A DNA stretch of 32,000 bases from Pyrodictium abyssi (GCF_036323395.1 NZ_AP028907.1:2070001-2102000); one strand, 5' to 3'. Counted from the stretch's first letter, positions 1 to 10,254 are shown. Notes: generated from the letters alone by a model not told the origin. Made by a program: numbers and translations.

Positions 1-888
1 AAGGTAGTATACGGGCTAGAGGACGAGCTAAAGATAATACTGGCATCGCTGCTCGTCGGCGGCCATGTGCTCCTCGAAGGCATGCCCGGGGTAGCCAAGA
101 CGACGCTAGCCAAGGCCCTCGCATCCAGCATGAGGCTCGAGTTCCGGAGGATACAGTTCACTCCCGACCTGCTACCCAGCGACATAATAGGCACGATGAT
201 CTACGACCAGAGGAGCGGCGAGTTCAGGCTACGCCGCGGCCCGGTGTTCACCAACATCCTCCTCGCCGACGAGATTAACCGCGCCTCGCCCCGGACCCAG
301 AGCGCGCTCCTAGAGGCGATGCAGGAGCGCCAGGTAACCATAGAGGGCAACACGCTCCCTCTGCCCGAGCCATTCCTGGTCATAGCCACGCAGAACCCCA
401 TAGAGCTCGAAGGGACGTTCCCGCTCCCCGAGGCCCAGATAGACAGGTTCCTCGTCAAGGTATCCATACCAATGCCGGGCCGGGAGGTTCTGCGCAGGAT
501 ACTCCGAGGCCTAGAAACCATCGAGAAGTGGCCCGTAGAGCCCGTGGCGAACCGCGACGAGATACTGGAGGCCCGTAGAGCCATATGGCGCGTCGAGGTC
601 AGCGACCCCGTAGTAGACTACATCATAGACCTCGTGGAGGAGACCCACCGCCACCCCGACGTGAGGCTAGGAGCCAGCCCCAGAGCAGCCATAGCACTGC
701 AGCAGCTAGCCCGGGCCCTCGCAGCCATGGAGGGCAGGGGCTACGTCATACCAGACGACGTGAAGACCGCGGCCCGGTACGTCCTTGTACACCGTATAAT
801 CCTCCGGCCCGAGGCCGAGGCGGAGGGCCGCCGGCCCGAAGACGTGGTAGAGTCGGTACTGTCCAGCGTCCGCGTACCAGTACCGTAG
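1..888 (+). CDS. MoxR-family AAA ATPase, 5' end truncated by window edge
   Basis: Frame is open from base 1 ([35 protein letters not shown]...). Walker A-like [33 protein letters not shown] and [24 protein letters not shown] are typical of MoxR. Confidence 0.95.
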   Translation, partial: KVVYGLEDELKIILASLLVGGHVLLEGMPGVAKTTLAKALASSMRLEFRRIQFTPDLLPSDIIGTMIYDQRSGEFRLRRGPVFTNILLADEINRASPRTQSALLEAMQERQVTIEGNTLPLPEPFLVIATQNPIELEGTFPLPEAQIDRFLVKVSIPMPGREVLRRILRGLETIEKWPVEPVANRDEILEARRAIWRVEVSDPVVDYIIDLVEETHRHPDVRLGASPRAAIALQQLARALAAMEGRGYVIPDDVKTAARYVLVHRIILRPEAEAEGRRPEDVVESVLSSVRVPVP

Positions 889-931
889 AGAAGCCTCCGG
901 GGGACCGGCGGAGCCGGGGAGCAGGAGCGCC

Positions 932-2335
932 TTGGCCGAACAGAGCCTCTTTGACAGGATAAGCGAGCTCATGGCCCCCGTGACGCCGCGCGGCCATGCC
1001 GTGCTCTTCCTGTCGGCGAGCCTTCTCGCGGCGGGGCTCCTGGCGGGGCCGGGGAGAGCCCCAGCCCTTATGTCTGCTGGGCTAGCGCTCCTGCTCCTCG
1101 TGATAGTAGAGCGCGAGGTGTTCCTAGCCCGTGCGGCAGCGCTCTCCCGTATCGACGCCAGGTGGGTGATCGAGCACCCGCTCGTAGAGGGGCGTCCCTC
1201 CCTCGTGAAGCTGGTGCTGGAGAACAGGTCGCTCACCCCTATAGAGCACCTGGAGGTGTACGACAACCCTCCACGCCTATTCCACTGGGCCGGCGAGGCC
1301 CCGCCGCGCGCAGTGGTAGCCCTCCCGGCCATGGGCGTGGTGGAGGTCAGCTACACGGTAGTGCCGGTCGTTGGGCGCCACGAGTGGGGAGGCCCCCTAA
1401 GGCTCGTAGCAGAGGATGTACTCGGCTTCTTCCGTGCCGAGAGGCTCGTAGACCAGGGGCTCCCCGTGGTGAACGTCCAGCCCCGGCTACTGGACGTGCC
1501 CCGGCGCCGCGCGGCTCTCCCCACGGTGCTCCAGCCTGGCGGTGTAGCGAAGCTGCGCCGCCGCGGCGTCGGCTCCGAGATAATGGAGCTACGCGAGTAC
1601 ACGCCCGACGACGATATACGCCTCGTCGACTGGAAGGCCTCGGCCCGCGCTGGCCGCCTAATGGTCAAGGTGTTTGAGCAGGAGTCAGTGCTCCGCGTAG
1701 CAGTGGTTGTGGACGCCCACCCATCGATGTTCCGTGGCGTGCTCGGCGAGACCAAGATAGAGTACGCGGCCCGCCTAGCAGCGTCTATCGCCGAGTACCT
1801 TGCCCGCCGCGGCGACGTCTACCGAGTCTACCTCGCCGACCCCAGCGGCCGGATGTACTCGACTCCGTGGCTCCACGGCCGCGGGAGCGGTGCGCTCGCC
1901 CGCCGCTTCATAGCCGAGAAGCTCTCGTGGCCCCGTAGCCCAGGGCAAGCCCCGGAGCCGCGGCGCCGCGCCAACGCGATAGTGGAGGCACTCCTGTCCA
2001 CACTGCCCCGCGGCAAGACCATAGTGTTCCTAGTGAGCGACTTCGGCGAAGACGCCGGCGCGGCAGAGGCCTACACAGCAGCGCTCCGGAGACTCCAGCA
2101 GCTACGCCACAGCGTCTACGTAGTCTTCCCGCTCACGACGCTCTTCGAGGCCCGGGCGCTTAGGGGGATCCAGGCAGCGGTCTACAGGCTGCTAGCATAC
2201 GAGAGGATAAAGGCCTACAAGGAGATAACCATGCTGTTGAGGAGACATGGTCTACGAGTAGCAGCGGCCGGACCAAGCGACCTACTCTCGTACCTCCTAG
2301 AGCGCCTAGAGAGGATACGAGGCGTGGTAGCTTGA
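932..2335 (+). CDS. DUF58 domain protein, usual MoxR partner
   Basis: Two N-terminal hydrophobic segments, then LREYTPDDDIRLVDWKASARAGRLMVKVFEQE, the DUF58 signature, and a vWA-like C-terminus. Directly downstream of moxR. Confidence 0.9.
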   Translation: MAEQSLFDRISELMAPVTPRGHAVLFLSASLLAAGLLAGPGRAPALMSAGLALLLLVIVEREVFLARAAALSRIDARWVIEHPLVEGRPSLVKLVLENRSLTPIEHLEVYDNPPRLFHWAGEAPPRAVVALPAMGVVEVSYTVVPVVGRHEWGGPLRLVAEDVLGFFRAERLVDQGLPVVNVQPRLLDVPRRRAALPTVLQPGGVAKLRRRGVGSEIMELREYTPDDDIRLVDWKASARAGRLMVKVFEQESVLRVAVVVDAHPSMFRGVLGETKIEYAARLAASIAEYLARRGDVYRVYLADPSGRMYSTPWLHGRGSGALARRFIAEKLSWPRSPGQAPEPRRRANAIVEALLSTLPRGKTIVFLVSDFGEDAGAAEAYTAALRRLQQLRHSVYVVFPLTTLFEARALRGIQAAVYRLLAYERIKAYKEITMLLRRHGLRVAAAGPSDLLSYLLERLERIRGVVA

Positions 2336-3561
2336 GCAAGCCCCTCCTCATGTACAACATAACGCGCGTCCTCGCCGCCGCAGCGGCGGCCTCTGCCGCG
2401 TACCCTGCATACAGCATCATAGCCGGCTACGTCGGGGGCTACCTCTACAACGTGGCGGGCCCTGGTCTGGCCGTGGCTGCTGTAGCCCGGTCGCTGCACG
2501 TGGTAGGCGTGCTCGTGACCACAGCCCTCGTGATGCTGGGCCGCGTATACGTAGCCTACACGCTCCTCGGCATCGCGACGGGAGTAGCGGGGCTCGCAGG
2601 GCTAGAGCCCTGGAGCGTCGCCGCCCCAGCTATAGCCTCGAGCACCCTGTACACCCTCTCCCTACGCTACGAGATAGCCTCGACAGGCTACGCTAGACAC
2701 CGGGTCATGTGCAGCAGGCAATGCACAGTAGTCACAGCCGCCTCTCTCCTGGCCAGCTATACCGTTCTAGCAGCCTCGGTGTTCTACGGATCGCTGCTCG
2801 TGTCGAGCCTCTACGAGCTCCTGCTCGAGCCTCCCGCCGGGCTGCCAGAGCCACTAGCAGATGTATGGAGCAAGGCACAACAGATGCTCGTAGTGAGGCT
2901 ACTAGTGTTGGCCGTGGTGGCCTATGCGTTCTACTACGCCGCGGCGAGGATAACCGGCCCACTAGTCTACGCGCTCACAGCAAGCCCCGAGGAGCTAGCC
3001 AAGAACACACAGCAGCTACTCGAGGCAGAGGCCCGCGAGGTCCTAGAGATGAAGAAGTGGTACCACCGGATGCTGCGCTCGAGTCTAGCCCTAGTAGGCA
3101 CTATACCAGCAGCCGTGACAGGCTACATAGCCGTGGAGGCAGTGTCGGCGGTAGCCAGAAATGGGCTGGTGGGGGGCACACCCTGGTGGGTAGACCTCCT
3201 AGCACGCATACTGCTGGTTTCCTCGGCCTCCACGCTAAGCTACCTGGCGGCCCGCCGCCTACTAGAGTCGATGGCGTTCGCGAGGATACGCTGGAGAAAC
3301 CTCGCCATAGCCTCAGCAGTCGGGCTCACAGCCTGGATGCTGCTATACATAGTAATACTTGTGGCCCACGGCGCGCAGTCCGGCGACGCGCTCCGCATAT
3401 TCCTGGAGAACAGCCTAAGGATAGCACGCGGCGACGAACCCCTGGTAAGCGACAATACGCAGCTACTGGAAGCCGTGGATAGGCTGGAGAAGCTCCTAGG
3501 CGAGGGCCTCCAACAGGCCGAGTACATACTAAGGTTCCTAGTCAAGCTGCTCTGGGGGTGA
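2332..3561 (+). CDS. multi-pass membrane protein of unknown function
   Basis: 409 aa ORF with multiple hydrophobic segments; TTG start overlaps the DUF58 stop (TTGA). Confidence 0.75.
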   Translation: MSKPLLMYNITRVLAAAAAASAAYPAYSIIAGYVGGYLYNVAGPGLAVAAVARSLHVVGVLVTTALVMLGRVYVAYTLLGIATGVAGLAGLEPWSVAAPAIASSTLYTLSLRYEIASTGYARHRVMCSRQCTVVTAASLLASYTVLAASVFYGSLLVSSLYELLLEPPAGLPEPLADVWSKAQQMLVVRLLVLAVVAYAFYYAAARITGPLVYALTASPEELAKNTQQLLEAEAREVLEMKKWYHRMLRSSLALVGTIPAAVTGYIAVEAVSAVARNGLVGGTPWWVDLLARILLVSSASTLSYLAARRLLESMAFARIRWRNLAIASAVGLTAWMLLYIVILVAHGAQSGDALRIFLENSLRIARGDEPLVSDNTQLLEAVDRLEKLLGEGLQQAEYILRFLVKLLWG

Positions 3562-3848
3562 CCAGGGGGGTGCCCCGCAGCCTCCAGTCGGTGCAGGCGC
3601 TCATACGCTCAATAGCCTCGCTGGGGATAGGCACTGCGATGGCCTACCTAGGCTACCGGTTCTTCCTCTACAGCATAGGCTACCTGGCAGAAGAGCCCCC
3701 AAAGGTCACAGCAGGCCTCATGGCGGGCCTCGCGGGCTTCACCTTCACAGCGGCTGCGGTCACGCTGCTACGGGACTGGATAATAGTCGAGAGGATAGCA
3801 CGGACCGGGAAACAAGAGGAGCAGGGACAGGGACGGGAGAGGAGCTAG
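3558..3848 (+). CDS. small membrane protein, about 2 TM
   Basis: 96 aa ORF; GTG start overlaps upstream stop (GTGA); hydrophobic segments AYLGYRFFLYSIGYL and VTAGLMAGLAGFTFTAAAVTLL. Confidence 0.6.
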   Translation: MTRGVPRSLQSVQALIRSIASLGIGTAMAYLGYRFFLYSIGYLAEEPPKVTAGLMAGLAGFTFTAAAVTLLRDWIIVERIARTGKQEEQGQGRERS

Positions 3849-4633
3849 ACCCAGCGCTTCTTCCTCCGGTACCACTTGGCGCGCCGATAGCTCCCCGACT
3901 CCGCGCCCCTCATGCCGAGGTAGAACTCCTTAACGTCCTTGTCCTCGCGTAGCTTCTCCGCAGGCCCTTCCAGCACTATCTTGCCGTTCTCGATTATGTA
4001 GCCGTGGTCGGCTATCTCCAGAGCCTTACGCGCGTTCTGCTCGGCCAGCAGTATGGTCATCCCCTCCTCCTCGTGGAGCCTCCGGATGGAGTCATAGACC
4101 TCCGAGACTATCTTCGGCGCTAGCCCGAGGCTAGGCTCGTCCAGCAAGAGGAGCCGGGGCCTCGCTAGCAGGGCGAGCCCTATCGCTAGCATCTGCTGCT
4201 CGCCGCCACTGAGGTAGCCTGCCCGCGTTGTGCGCCGGACACGGAGCCGAGGGAAGTACTTGTAGACTAGGTCCGGGTCAGGGTTTCTATCCCTCCACGC
4301 GTAGGCTACAGCCTCGATATTCTCCTCGACCGTCAGCTCCTTGAATATACGGCGGCCCTCCACCACGTATACTATGCCGCGCCGCGAGACATCCTCGGGG
4401 TCGCGGTTCTCGATATGCTCACCCATGTAGCTGATATAGCCCTTGGTGACGCGGCCACGGTCGAGCTTTATGAGCCCGGAGACCGCTTTGAGGAGCGTAG
4501 TCTTCCCGGCCCCATTGGGCCCAAGAACGGCTACTATACTCTTCTCGGGCACAGATATGCTGATACCCTTAAGCACGAGTATGTAGGGGTGGTACACCAC
4601 CTCTATGTTGTTGACCTCCAGCATAGCCGGCAT
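3845..4633 (-). CDS. livF: branched-chain amino acid-type ABC transporter ATP-binding protein LivF
   Basis: GPNGAGKTTLLKAVSGL Walker A, YLSGGEQQMLAIGLALLARPRLLLLDEPSLGLAPK signature/Walker B. Start set at MPAMLEVNNIE rather than the upstream candidate at 4660. Confidence 0.92.
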   Translation of the reverse strand: MPAMLEVNNIEVVYHPYILVLKGISISVPEKSIVAVLGPNGAGKTTLLKAVSGLIKLDRGRVTKGYISYMGEHIENRDPEDVSRRGIVYVVEGRRIFKELTVEENIEAVAYAWRDRNPDPDLVYKYFPRLRVRRTTRAGYLSGGEQQMLAIGLALLARPRLLLLDEPSLGLAPKIVSEVYDSIRRLHEEEGMTILLAEQNARKALEIADHGYIIENGKIVLEGPAEKLREDKDVKEFYLGMRGAESGSYRRAKWYRRKKRWV

Positions 4634-4714
4634 AGCCCACCAACCCGGGAAGACCTGCACGGGGAGGTGAATAAACAGCCCAGGGGCTTATGCGGCCAGA
4701 AAAACAGTCCGGGG

Positions 4715-6064
4715 CTAGCTCCCCTCGAGGGTGGCCTTGACGCAGTCTACGCCCTCGGGTGTTATCGGGCCCTCGAAGTGGAACTCGCCGTCCTCACCGT
4801 AGACTACTATGTAGCTGGATGTGAACGGCAAGTGCTTGCCAGGACAGTACCTCATCTCCGGCGTTATGTCTCCCAGCTTTATCGGCTCGCCCTGGCAGCT
4901 GGACTCTAGCGCCTCCTTTAGGGCCTCACCGCCTTTCTCCTTCAAGGTCTTGGAGTCCACCATGCTTATTGCCTTTACTAGTAGCCATACGTTCATGAAG
5001 CCCTGCATTACTCTCAGGTTTACCTCGTCCTCCTTCATGCCAGCCATCTTGGCGGCCTCGTATGTCTCCCTGTAGCCGGGCTTATCCTTGGCGTACTCCG
5101 GCCATATCCACGGGGATACCCCGCCCACCTTGCCCTTCACGTCTGCTGCTGCTAGCTCTGGGAACCTCTCGTCGAAGCCCCATACGTTAGCTATCATCAC
5201 GGCGTTTAGGCCCAGCTTAGCAGCGGCACGGGCTGCTAGGCTACAGCTGCCTATAGTGTTGCCGCACCACATGAAGTCCGGGTTGTACTTCATGGCCTCC
5301 CTTATAGCGGCCTCGGCGGAGGCCTCGTCAGCCTTCAGCGGCAGATCAACGTCTACCACCTTTAGGCCGAGCTTCTCCGCCATAGCCTTTATGGCGGGTA
5401 TCGGGCTCTTACTGTAGGCTATCTTGTGGTCGTACAGCAGCACCACAGTGGCGCCGGGCTTCTTCTGGGACATCCACGTCACTGCTGCACATGCCTGCGT
5501 ACTGTAGTCTGGCGCGGGGAAGAAGTTGAACGGCTTGGGTACCAGCTTGGCGGAGTAGCTCGCGGATATGTACACTATCTTGTCCTTCGCAGTGCGGTCT
5601 GACAGGCTCTCAGTGTCGGCGGTACCCCAGCCTACTATAGCTATCACGTTGTACCTGTCGCGGAACTCGCGGTAGAACTCCTCGGCCTTCGGGGGCTTGT
5701 AGCCGTAGTCCCTCTTCACGTAGTTTATCTTCACGCGTACACCGTCCTTAGTGTATATGCCCTTCTCGTTGAAGTACTTGAAGGCTAGCTCAGCGCCCTT
5801 AGCATAGTCCTTGCCTACGTCGCTTGTAGGGCCGCTTAGGTCCACTAGTAGTCCCACGTTTATCTCCATAGTCTTCTCTCCGGTTGCCCCCGCCGTGCCC
5901 GTAGCTGTACCTGCAGGACTGGCCGTGGCTGTTTGCGTAGCTGCGGCCGTAGGGGAGGCCGTAGGTGTTGCAGTAGTTCCTCCCTTACCGCCCATCATGG
6001 CTACAGCAGCTATGATGGCTATTACGGCTATTACTCCAACTATTATGGCCGTGTTCCGCGCCAT
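4715..6064 (-). CDS. livK: Liv-type periplasmic (extracellular) substrate-binding protein, membrane anchored
   Basis: N-terminal TM, Thr/Ala-rich linker, then EINVGLLVDLSGPTSDVGKDYAKGAELAFKYFNEKG. ATG at 6064 preceded by GGAGGTG-N6. Confidence 0.88.
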   Translation of the reverse strand: MARNTAIIVGVIAVIAIIAAVAMMGGKGGTTATPTASPTAAATQTATASPAGTATGTAGATGEKTMEINVGLLVDLSGPTSDVGKDYAKGAELAFKYFNEKGIYTKDGVRVKINYVKRDYGYKPPKAEEFYREFRDRYNVIAIVGWGTADTESLSDRTAKDKIVYISASYSAKLVPKPFNFFPAPDYSTQACAAVTWMSQKKPGATVVLLYDHKIAYSKSPIPAIKAMAEKLGLKVVDVDLPLKADEASAEAAIREAMKYNPDFMWCGNTIGSCSLAARAAAKLGLNAVMIANVWGFDERFPELAAADVKGKVGGVSPWIWPEYAKDKPGYRETYEAAKMAGMKEDEVNLRVMQGFMNVWLLVKAISMVDSKTLKEKGGEALKEALESSCQGEPIKLGDITPEMRYCPGKHLPFTSSYIVVYGEDGEFHFEGPITPEGVDCVKATLEGS

Positions 6065-6230
6065 CAGGCCCACCTCCAGCCCGCCAACCTACGCATCCCG
6101 TATAACTTAAACCTTTCTCATATATCGTGTATTGCAAAACAATATAAAGAAATGATAATGTAAGTCACATATCAATGCTGGTATAGGCTAAAACGAAATA
6201 CGGAGGGGCGTGCGTGGGACTGCGGCTGGG

Positions 6231-7247
6231 CTAGTAGCTGTAGGGCCATAGCCTGAAGTACTCCTTCACGCGACGGAGCACAGCTATGAGGCCCTCCGGC
6301 TCCTTGACCACGAAGTATGCTATAGCAGCGCCGAGCACCAGGTACTTGTACATAGGATTACCCTCGAACACCATCTCTAGCATACTCTGGCTAGCCATTA
6401 TGGCGGCTAGCCCTAGTAGGCTCCCCCAGATTATCCTCCCAGCGCCCCCGACGAGCACCATTGCCAGGAAGTCTATCGACTGCTCTAGCGTGAAGTTGTC
6501 ATAGTCTATCGCGGTTAGGTGGAGCGCTAGCAGCCCGCCAGCGAGACCTGCATAGAAGCTACCGATAGCAAACGCCAGCGCCTTCGTCCTCGTGACGTTT
6601 ATGCCGACTATTTCGGCCGATATGTCGTTGTCCCGGACAGCCTTCATCGCTCTACCAATGCTGCTCCGCCCGATGTTAGCAGCAGTCCACACCGCGATGA
6701 GCGTCAGCGCCAGCGTTGTGTAGTAGAGTAGCTTGCCCTCGCCCAGCTCTAGCCCTAGGAGCACCTTAGCGTCATCGTTCACCGGCATGTACTGGTCTGA
6801 GGCGACCCAGCGCTGGTATGTGTAGAACAGTATCTCCTGCGCAGCTATGCTAGCCATGGCCAGGTAGTAGCCCTTAAGCCTGAACGACGGGAGGCTCAGC
6901 AGCGTGCCTACGGCCGCGGCCATGAGGGCGCCAGCCGGTATAGCGGCTAGTATGTTGATTCCATGGAGTGTTAGCCACGCAGCGGTATAGGCGCCTGCGC
7001 CCATTAGTGCGGCGTGCGCGAGCGATATCTGCCCGGCCAATCCGGTGGTTATGTTGAGTCCTATAGCGGCCACTAGGTAGACCATGTAGAACGCTAGCTT
7101 GTTGGCTATGAACGGTCCAGCCATGAACGGTAGTGCTGCCAGCAAGGCTAGCGCGGCTATGGCGGAGTAGACGTGTATAGGGTAGCGTAGGTGCGCCATC
7201 TGCTGGAGGTACGTCTCCTTGAACACTCCTGCTGGCATGGCTGCCAC
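6231..7247 (-). CDS. livM: Liv-type ABC transporter permease LivM
   Basis: NITTGLAGQISLAHAALMGAGAYTAAWL and AFAIGSFYAGLAGGLLA motifs; order livH-livM. Confidence 0.92.
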   Translation of the reverse strand: MAAMPAGVFKETYLQQMAHLRYPIHVYSAIAALALLAALPFMAGPFIANKLAFYMVYLVAAIGLNITTGLAGQISLAHAALMGAGAYTAAWLTLHGINILAAIPAGALMAAAVGTLLSLPSFRLKGYYLAMASIAAQEILFYTYQRWVASDQYMPVNDDAKVLLGLELGEGKLLYYTTLALTLIAVWTAANIGRSSIGRAMKAVRDNDISAEIVGINVTRTKALAFAIGSFYAGLAGGLLALHLTAIDYDNFTLEQSIDFLAMVLVGGAGRIIWGSLLGLAAIMASQSMLEMVFEGNPMYKYLVLGAAIAYFVVKEPEGLIAVLRRVKEYFRLWPYSY

Positions 7248-7258
7248 CTCCTAGCGGG

Positions 7259-8167
7259 TTATACACGTTCGATCCTCTCGGTGCCGAAGAGCCCATAGGG
7301 CTTCACGAGCAGTACGAGTAGCATTATCATGTATGCGGCCGCCTCGTGTATACCCGTGAAGTCTATCACGCCGAACCGCAGGTAGGGCTCGAGGAACCTC
7401 ACAAGCTGCTCCGTCACGCCGAGTACGAGCCCGCCCACGATTATGCCTGCGACGGTGTCGAGGCCTGCTAGCAGGCTCGCAGCGAGCGCCTTGATCACGT
7501 AGACCTCTAGTATGGGGCTAAGGTTGGCCTTCAACGCCACGGCTATAGCCGCTAGGCCCCCCGCGGCGCCGGCGAGGCCCCAGCTCAGCATGGTGAGGAG
7601 CTTCACGGGGAGCCCGTACGCTGCCGCGCCGTAGGGGTCCTCCGCCACAGCCCTCATAGCCACGCCTAGCCTGGTCAGCCTGTGCAGCGCGACAACTATG
7701 GCCACTATGCCGGCCCCAGCGGCTATGGCGGCTATGTCGGAGGCCGAGAGCGTCACGGGGCCAGCGCGGAGGCTAAACTCGCTACGGAGCAAGCTAGCCT
7801 GAGGTATGCTACCTCCAGCCACGAACATGGACACGCCCTTCAGCACGTAGTACACGCCGAGCGTGGCGGCGATCAGCGCTATGGGGGGACGGCCTCTCAG
7901 CGGCCTAGCGACAAGCCTCTCCGTAGCGGCGCTGACCGCGAAGCCCACAGCGAGGGCGGCTAGAGTTCCGGCAGCGAGCCCAAGCCCGGCTCTAACAGCC
8001 GCGATGTAGGCTACGGTGGCCGATAGCAGGACTAGCGCTGGGTGTGCGAAGTTTATCGACTTGCTTACACGGTATACTATGTTGAAGCCTAGCGCTAGCG
8101 CTGCGTAGACCACGCCCATTATCGAGCCCGCTACTATGTACGAGACTAGCTGGCCGAGCTCGCCCAT
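7259..8167 (-). CDS. livH: Liv-type ABC transporter permease LivH
   Basis: GVVYAALALGFNIVYRVSKSINFAHPALVLLSA and LDTVAGIIVGGLVLGVTEQL motifs. ATG 8167 preceded by AGGGTGGGCTCC. Confidence 0.92.
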   Translation of the reverse strand: MGELGQLVSYIVAGSIMGVVYAALALGFNIVYRVSKSINFAHPALVLLSATVAYIAAVRAGLGLAAGTLAALAVGFAVSAATERLVARPLRGRPPIALIAATLGVYYVLKGVSMFVAGGSIPQASLLRSEFSLRAGPVTLSASDIAAIAAGAGIVAIVVALHRLTRLGVAMRAVAEDPYGAAAYGLPVKLLTMLSWGLAGAAGGLAAIAVALKANLSPILEVYVIKALAASLLAGLDTVAGIIVGGLVLGVTEQLVRFLEPYLRFGVIDFTGIHEAAAYMIMLLVLLVKPYGLFGTERIERV

Positions 8168-8315
8168 GGAGCCCACCCTCTAGCAGCACATGTCTATCCG
8201 CATACACTGCCTCCTCTTTCGTGCAGCACATCCTGCATACTACAGACTGCCTATACGGGTCACATGGACCTGGGGGACGGATGTAGAAAGAAGCCGTGAG
8301 CGGGACCCGGAGGGT

Positions 8316-10247
8316 TCACCCGGCTGTGAGTATCTTCACAGTCCGCGTCACCTTCACCCTCCTGCCGTCTTCGAGTCTCATCTCTACTGTCAGCTCGTAC
8401 ACCTCGTCGCCTCTGTACATGGCCTCTATGAGACCGGCGTAGCGCTCCTCGATGACCTTGCGGCGTAGCTTCCTGGTACGGGTCATCTCACCGTCGTCAG
8501 GGTGGAACTCCTTGAACAGGCTCACGAACCTCCTCACGCGTAGCTGCTCTGGCAGCCGGGAGTTGGCGCGGGCGACCTCGCGCTTCAGCAGCTCTAGCAC
8601 CTGGGGCTTCTGGCTCAAGTCGCTATAGCCGCTGAACGGTATGTTCCTCCTCTCAGCCCAGCGAGACACGGTCACGTAGTCTATGTTGAGCAGCGCCACC
8701 AGGTAGGGCCTGCCATGGCCTATTATCGCGGCCTCGGCTATGTAGGGGCTGAACTTTAGCTTGTTCTGCACTATCTGCGGCGCCACACGGGTGCCGTCGC
8801 TCAGCACGAGTATCTCCTTAGCACGGTCGTGTATCATTAGGTGCCCGTCCGGGGTCAGCTCGCCCACGTCGCCGGTGTGCAACCAGCCATCCGGGTCAAG
8901 GGTCTTCCTGGTAGCCTCCGGGTTCTGGTAGTAGCCCTTCATAACCGCGGGGCTGCGTAGCAGTATCTCGCCGTCCTCGGCTATCCTTATCTCCGTCTCG
9001 GGCAGCGGCTTGCCCACCGTGTCTAGCCTCACGTCGTCGTCCGGGTGGACCACAGCGATGCCCGCTATCTCGGTCTGGCCGTAGATCTGCTTCAGGTTCA
9101 CACCCAGCGCGTGGAAGTACCTAACGTAGTCGGGGCCGAGCATCGCGCCGCCGGTGTAGGCGCGCTTCACCCTCTTCAGCCCAGTCTTGTCCAGTATACC
9201 GCGGAGCGCTAGCCAGTACGCAAGGTACCAGGCTATCCTCCAGCCCAGGCTCGGCGCCCGGCGGCCGGGCCTCAGCCGGGACTCGGCAGCCCGCCAGCCG
9301 ATCCACATGGCTATCCTGTAGAACAGCTTCTTCACGGGGTCACTATCCTCCATCCTGGCCATGACGTCCTTGGCTATCCTCTCCCATATCCTGGGCGGCG
9401 CGAAGAGGAAGTGCGGCGCTATCTCGCGGAAGTCCCTCCAGAACGTCTCCGGGCTCTCGGGGAAGTTCACCCGGAACCCCGCTATGAAGTGTAGCGCTAT
9501 GCTCATCATCTGCTCTCCTACCCAGGCCGGCGGCAGGAACGACACGTACTCCCAGCTGGGGTCCACCGGGTCTAGCTGGTTCAGCTGATAAGCCATGGCC
9601 AGCAGGTTCCGGTGGGTCAGCATAGCCAGCTTAGGCTTCCCAGTCGTGCCACTGGTCGTGAAGAGCCCGGCCACGTCCCCGGGGTCTAGGTCGCCTGTGA
9701 GCTTGTCGTAGAGCCCAGGGCTCTGCCCCTCGAGGGCCTGCCCGGTCTTGACCAGGTCGCCGAAGGTTATGATTAGGTCTCCCAGCTTATCGCGGTACAT
9801 GTGGAGGCCCTTAGCCTCGTCAACCACTATCTTCTCGACCCGCGTCTTGTCTAGGACCTCGAGTACGCGGTCTAGCTGCTCCTGGCCCTCCACGAGCACT
9901 ATCCTGGCGTCGCTCTGCTGGAGGACATAGGCCACCTCGTCGCTCAGGCTATCCTTGTATATGCCCACGGTTGCGGCGCCGAGGCTCTGCACAGCAACCT
10001 CGTAGATGGGCCACGCGGGCCGGTTGCCCATTATGAACGCGGCCTTGTCGCCCCTGCCTATGCCTAGGCTGTAGAGGCCTAGCGCGGTCCACCGGACTAG
10101 CCTGTAGTACTCGCTCCAGGTGAAGCGGCGCCACACACCGTACCGCTTCCAGCGGAACGCTGTCGCCTCGGGCCTCTCCCGGGCCCGGGCCTCTAGCAGC
10201 CAGGGGAACGTAGTGTCGTAGGGCCTAGCACCGTTGCCCTGGGTCAT
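8316..10247 (-). CDS. AMP-forming long-chain-type acyl-CoA synthetase (COG1022-like) embedded in the Liv cluster
   Basis: A3 motif TTSGTTGKPKLAMLTH, GYYQNPEATRKTLDPDGWLHTGDVGELTPDGHLMIHDRAKEILVLSDG, C-terminal RKLRRKVIEERY. SD GGAGGGGTGA before ATG. Confidence 0.93.
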   Translation of the reverse strand: MTQGNGARPYDTTFPWLLEARARERPEATAFRWKRYGVWRRFTWSEYYRLVRWTALGLYSLGIGRGDKAAFIMGNRPAWPIYEVAVQSLGAATVGIYKDSLSDEVAYVLQQSDARIVLVEGQEQLDRVLEVLDKTRVEKIVVDEAKGLHMYRDKLGDLIITFGDLVKTGQALEGQSPGLYDKLTGDLDPGDVAGLFTTSGTTGKPKLAMLTHRNLLAMAYQLNQLDPVDPSWEYVSFLPPAWVGEQMMSIALHFIAGFRVNFPESPETFWRDFREIAPHFLFAPPRIWERIAKDVMARMEDSDPVKKLFYRIAMWIGWRAAESRLRPGRRAPSLGWRIAWYLAYWLALRGILDKTGLKRVKRAYTGGAMLGPDYVRYFHALGVNLKQIYGQTEIAGIAVVHPDDDVRLDTVGKPLPETEIRIAEDGEILLRSPAVMKGYYQNPEATRKTLDPDGWLHTGDVGELTPDGHLMIHDRAKEILVLSDGTRVAPQIVQNKLKFSPYIAEAAIIGHGRPYLVALLNIDYVTVSRWAERRNIPFSGYSDLSQKPQVLELLKREVARANSRLPEQLRVRRFVSLFKEFHPDDGEMTRTRKLRRKVIEERYAGLIEAMYRGDEVYELTVEMRLEDGRRVKVTRTVKILTAG

Positions 10248-10254
10248 GGCCGGG

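Noticed and set aside
585-1677. ORFs 585..962 (+), 706..1332 (-), 1162..1677 (+)
   Set aside because: They overlap the well-supported MoxR and DUF58 genes; Arg/Gly/Pro/Ala-rich translations are typical of shadow frames in GC-rich coding DNA.
4415-4909. ORF 4415..4909 (+)
   Set aside because: Antisense to livF and its upstream leader; no recognisable domain, and livF on the other strand is unambiguous.
6074-6215. AT-rich island between livM and livK considered as a small RNA gene or insertion
   Set aside because: No C/D-box set, tRNA fold or repeats were found by eye; it contains a plausible livK promoter (GGTTTAAGTTATACG on the minus strand), which explains the composition.
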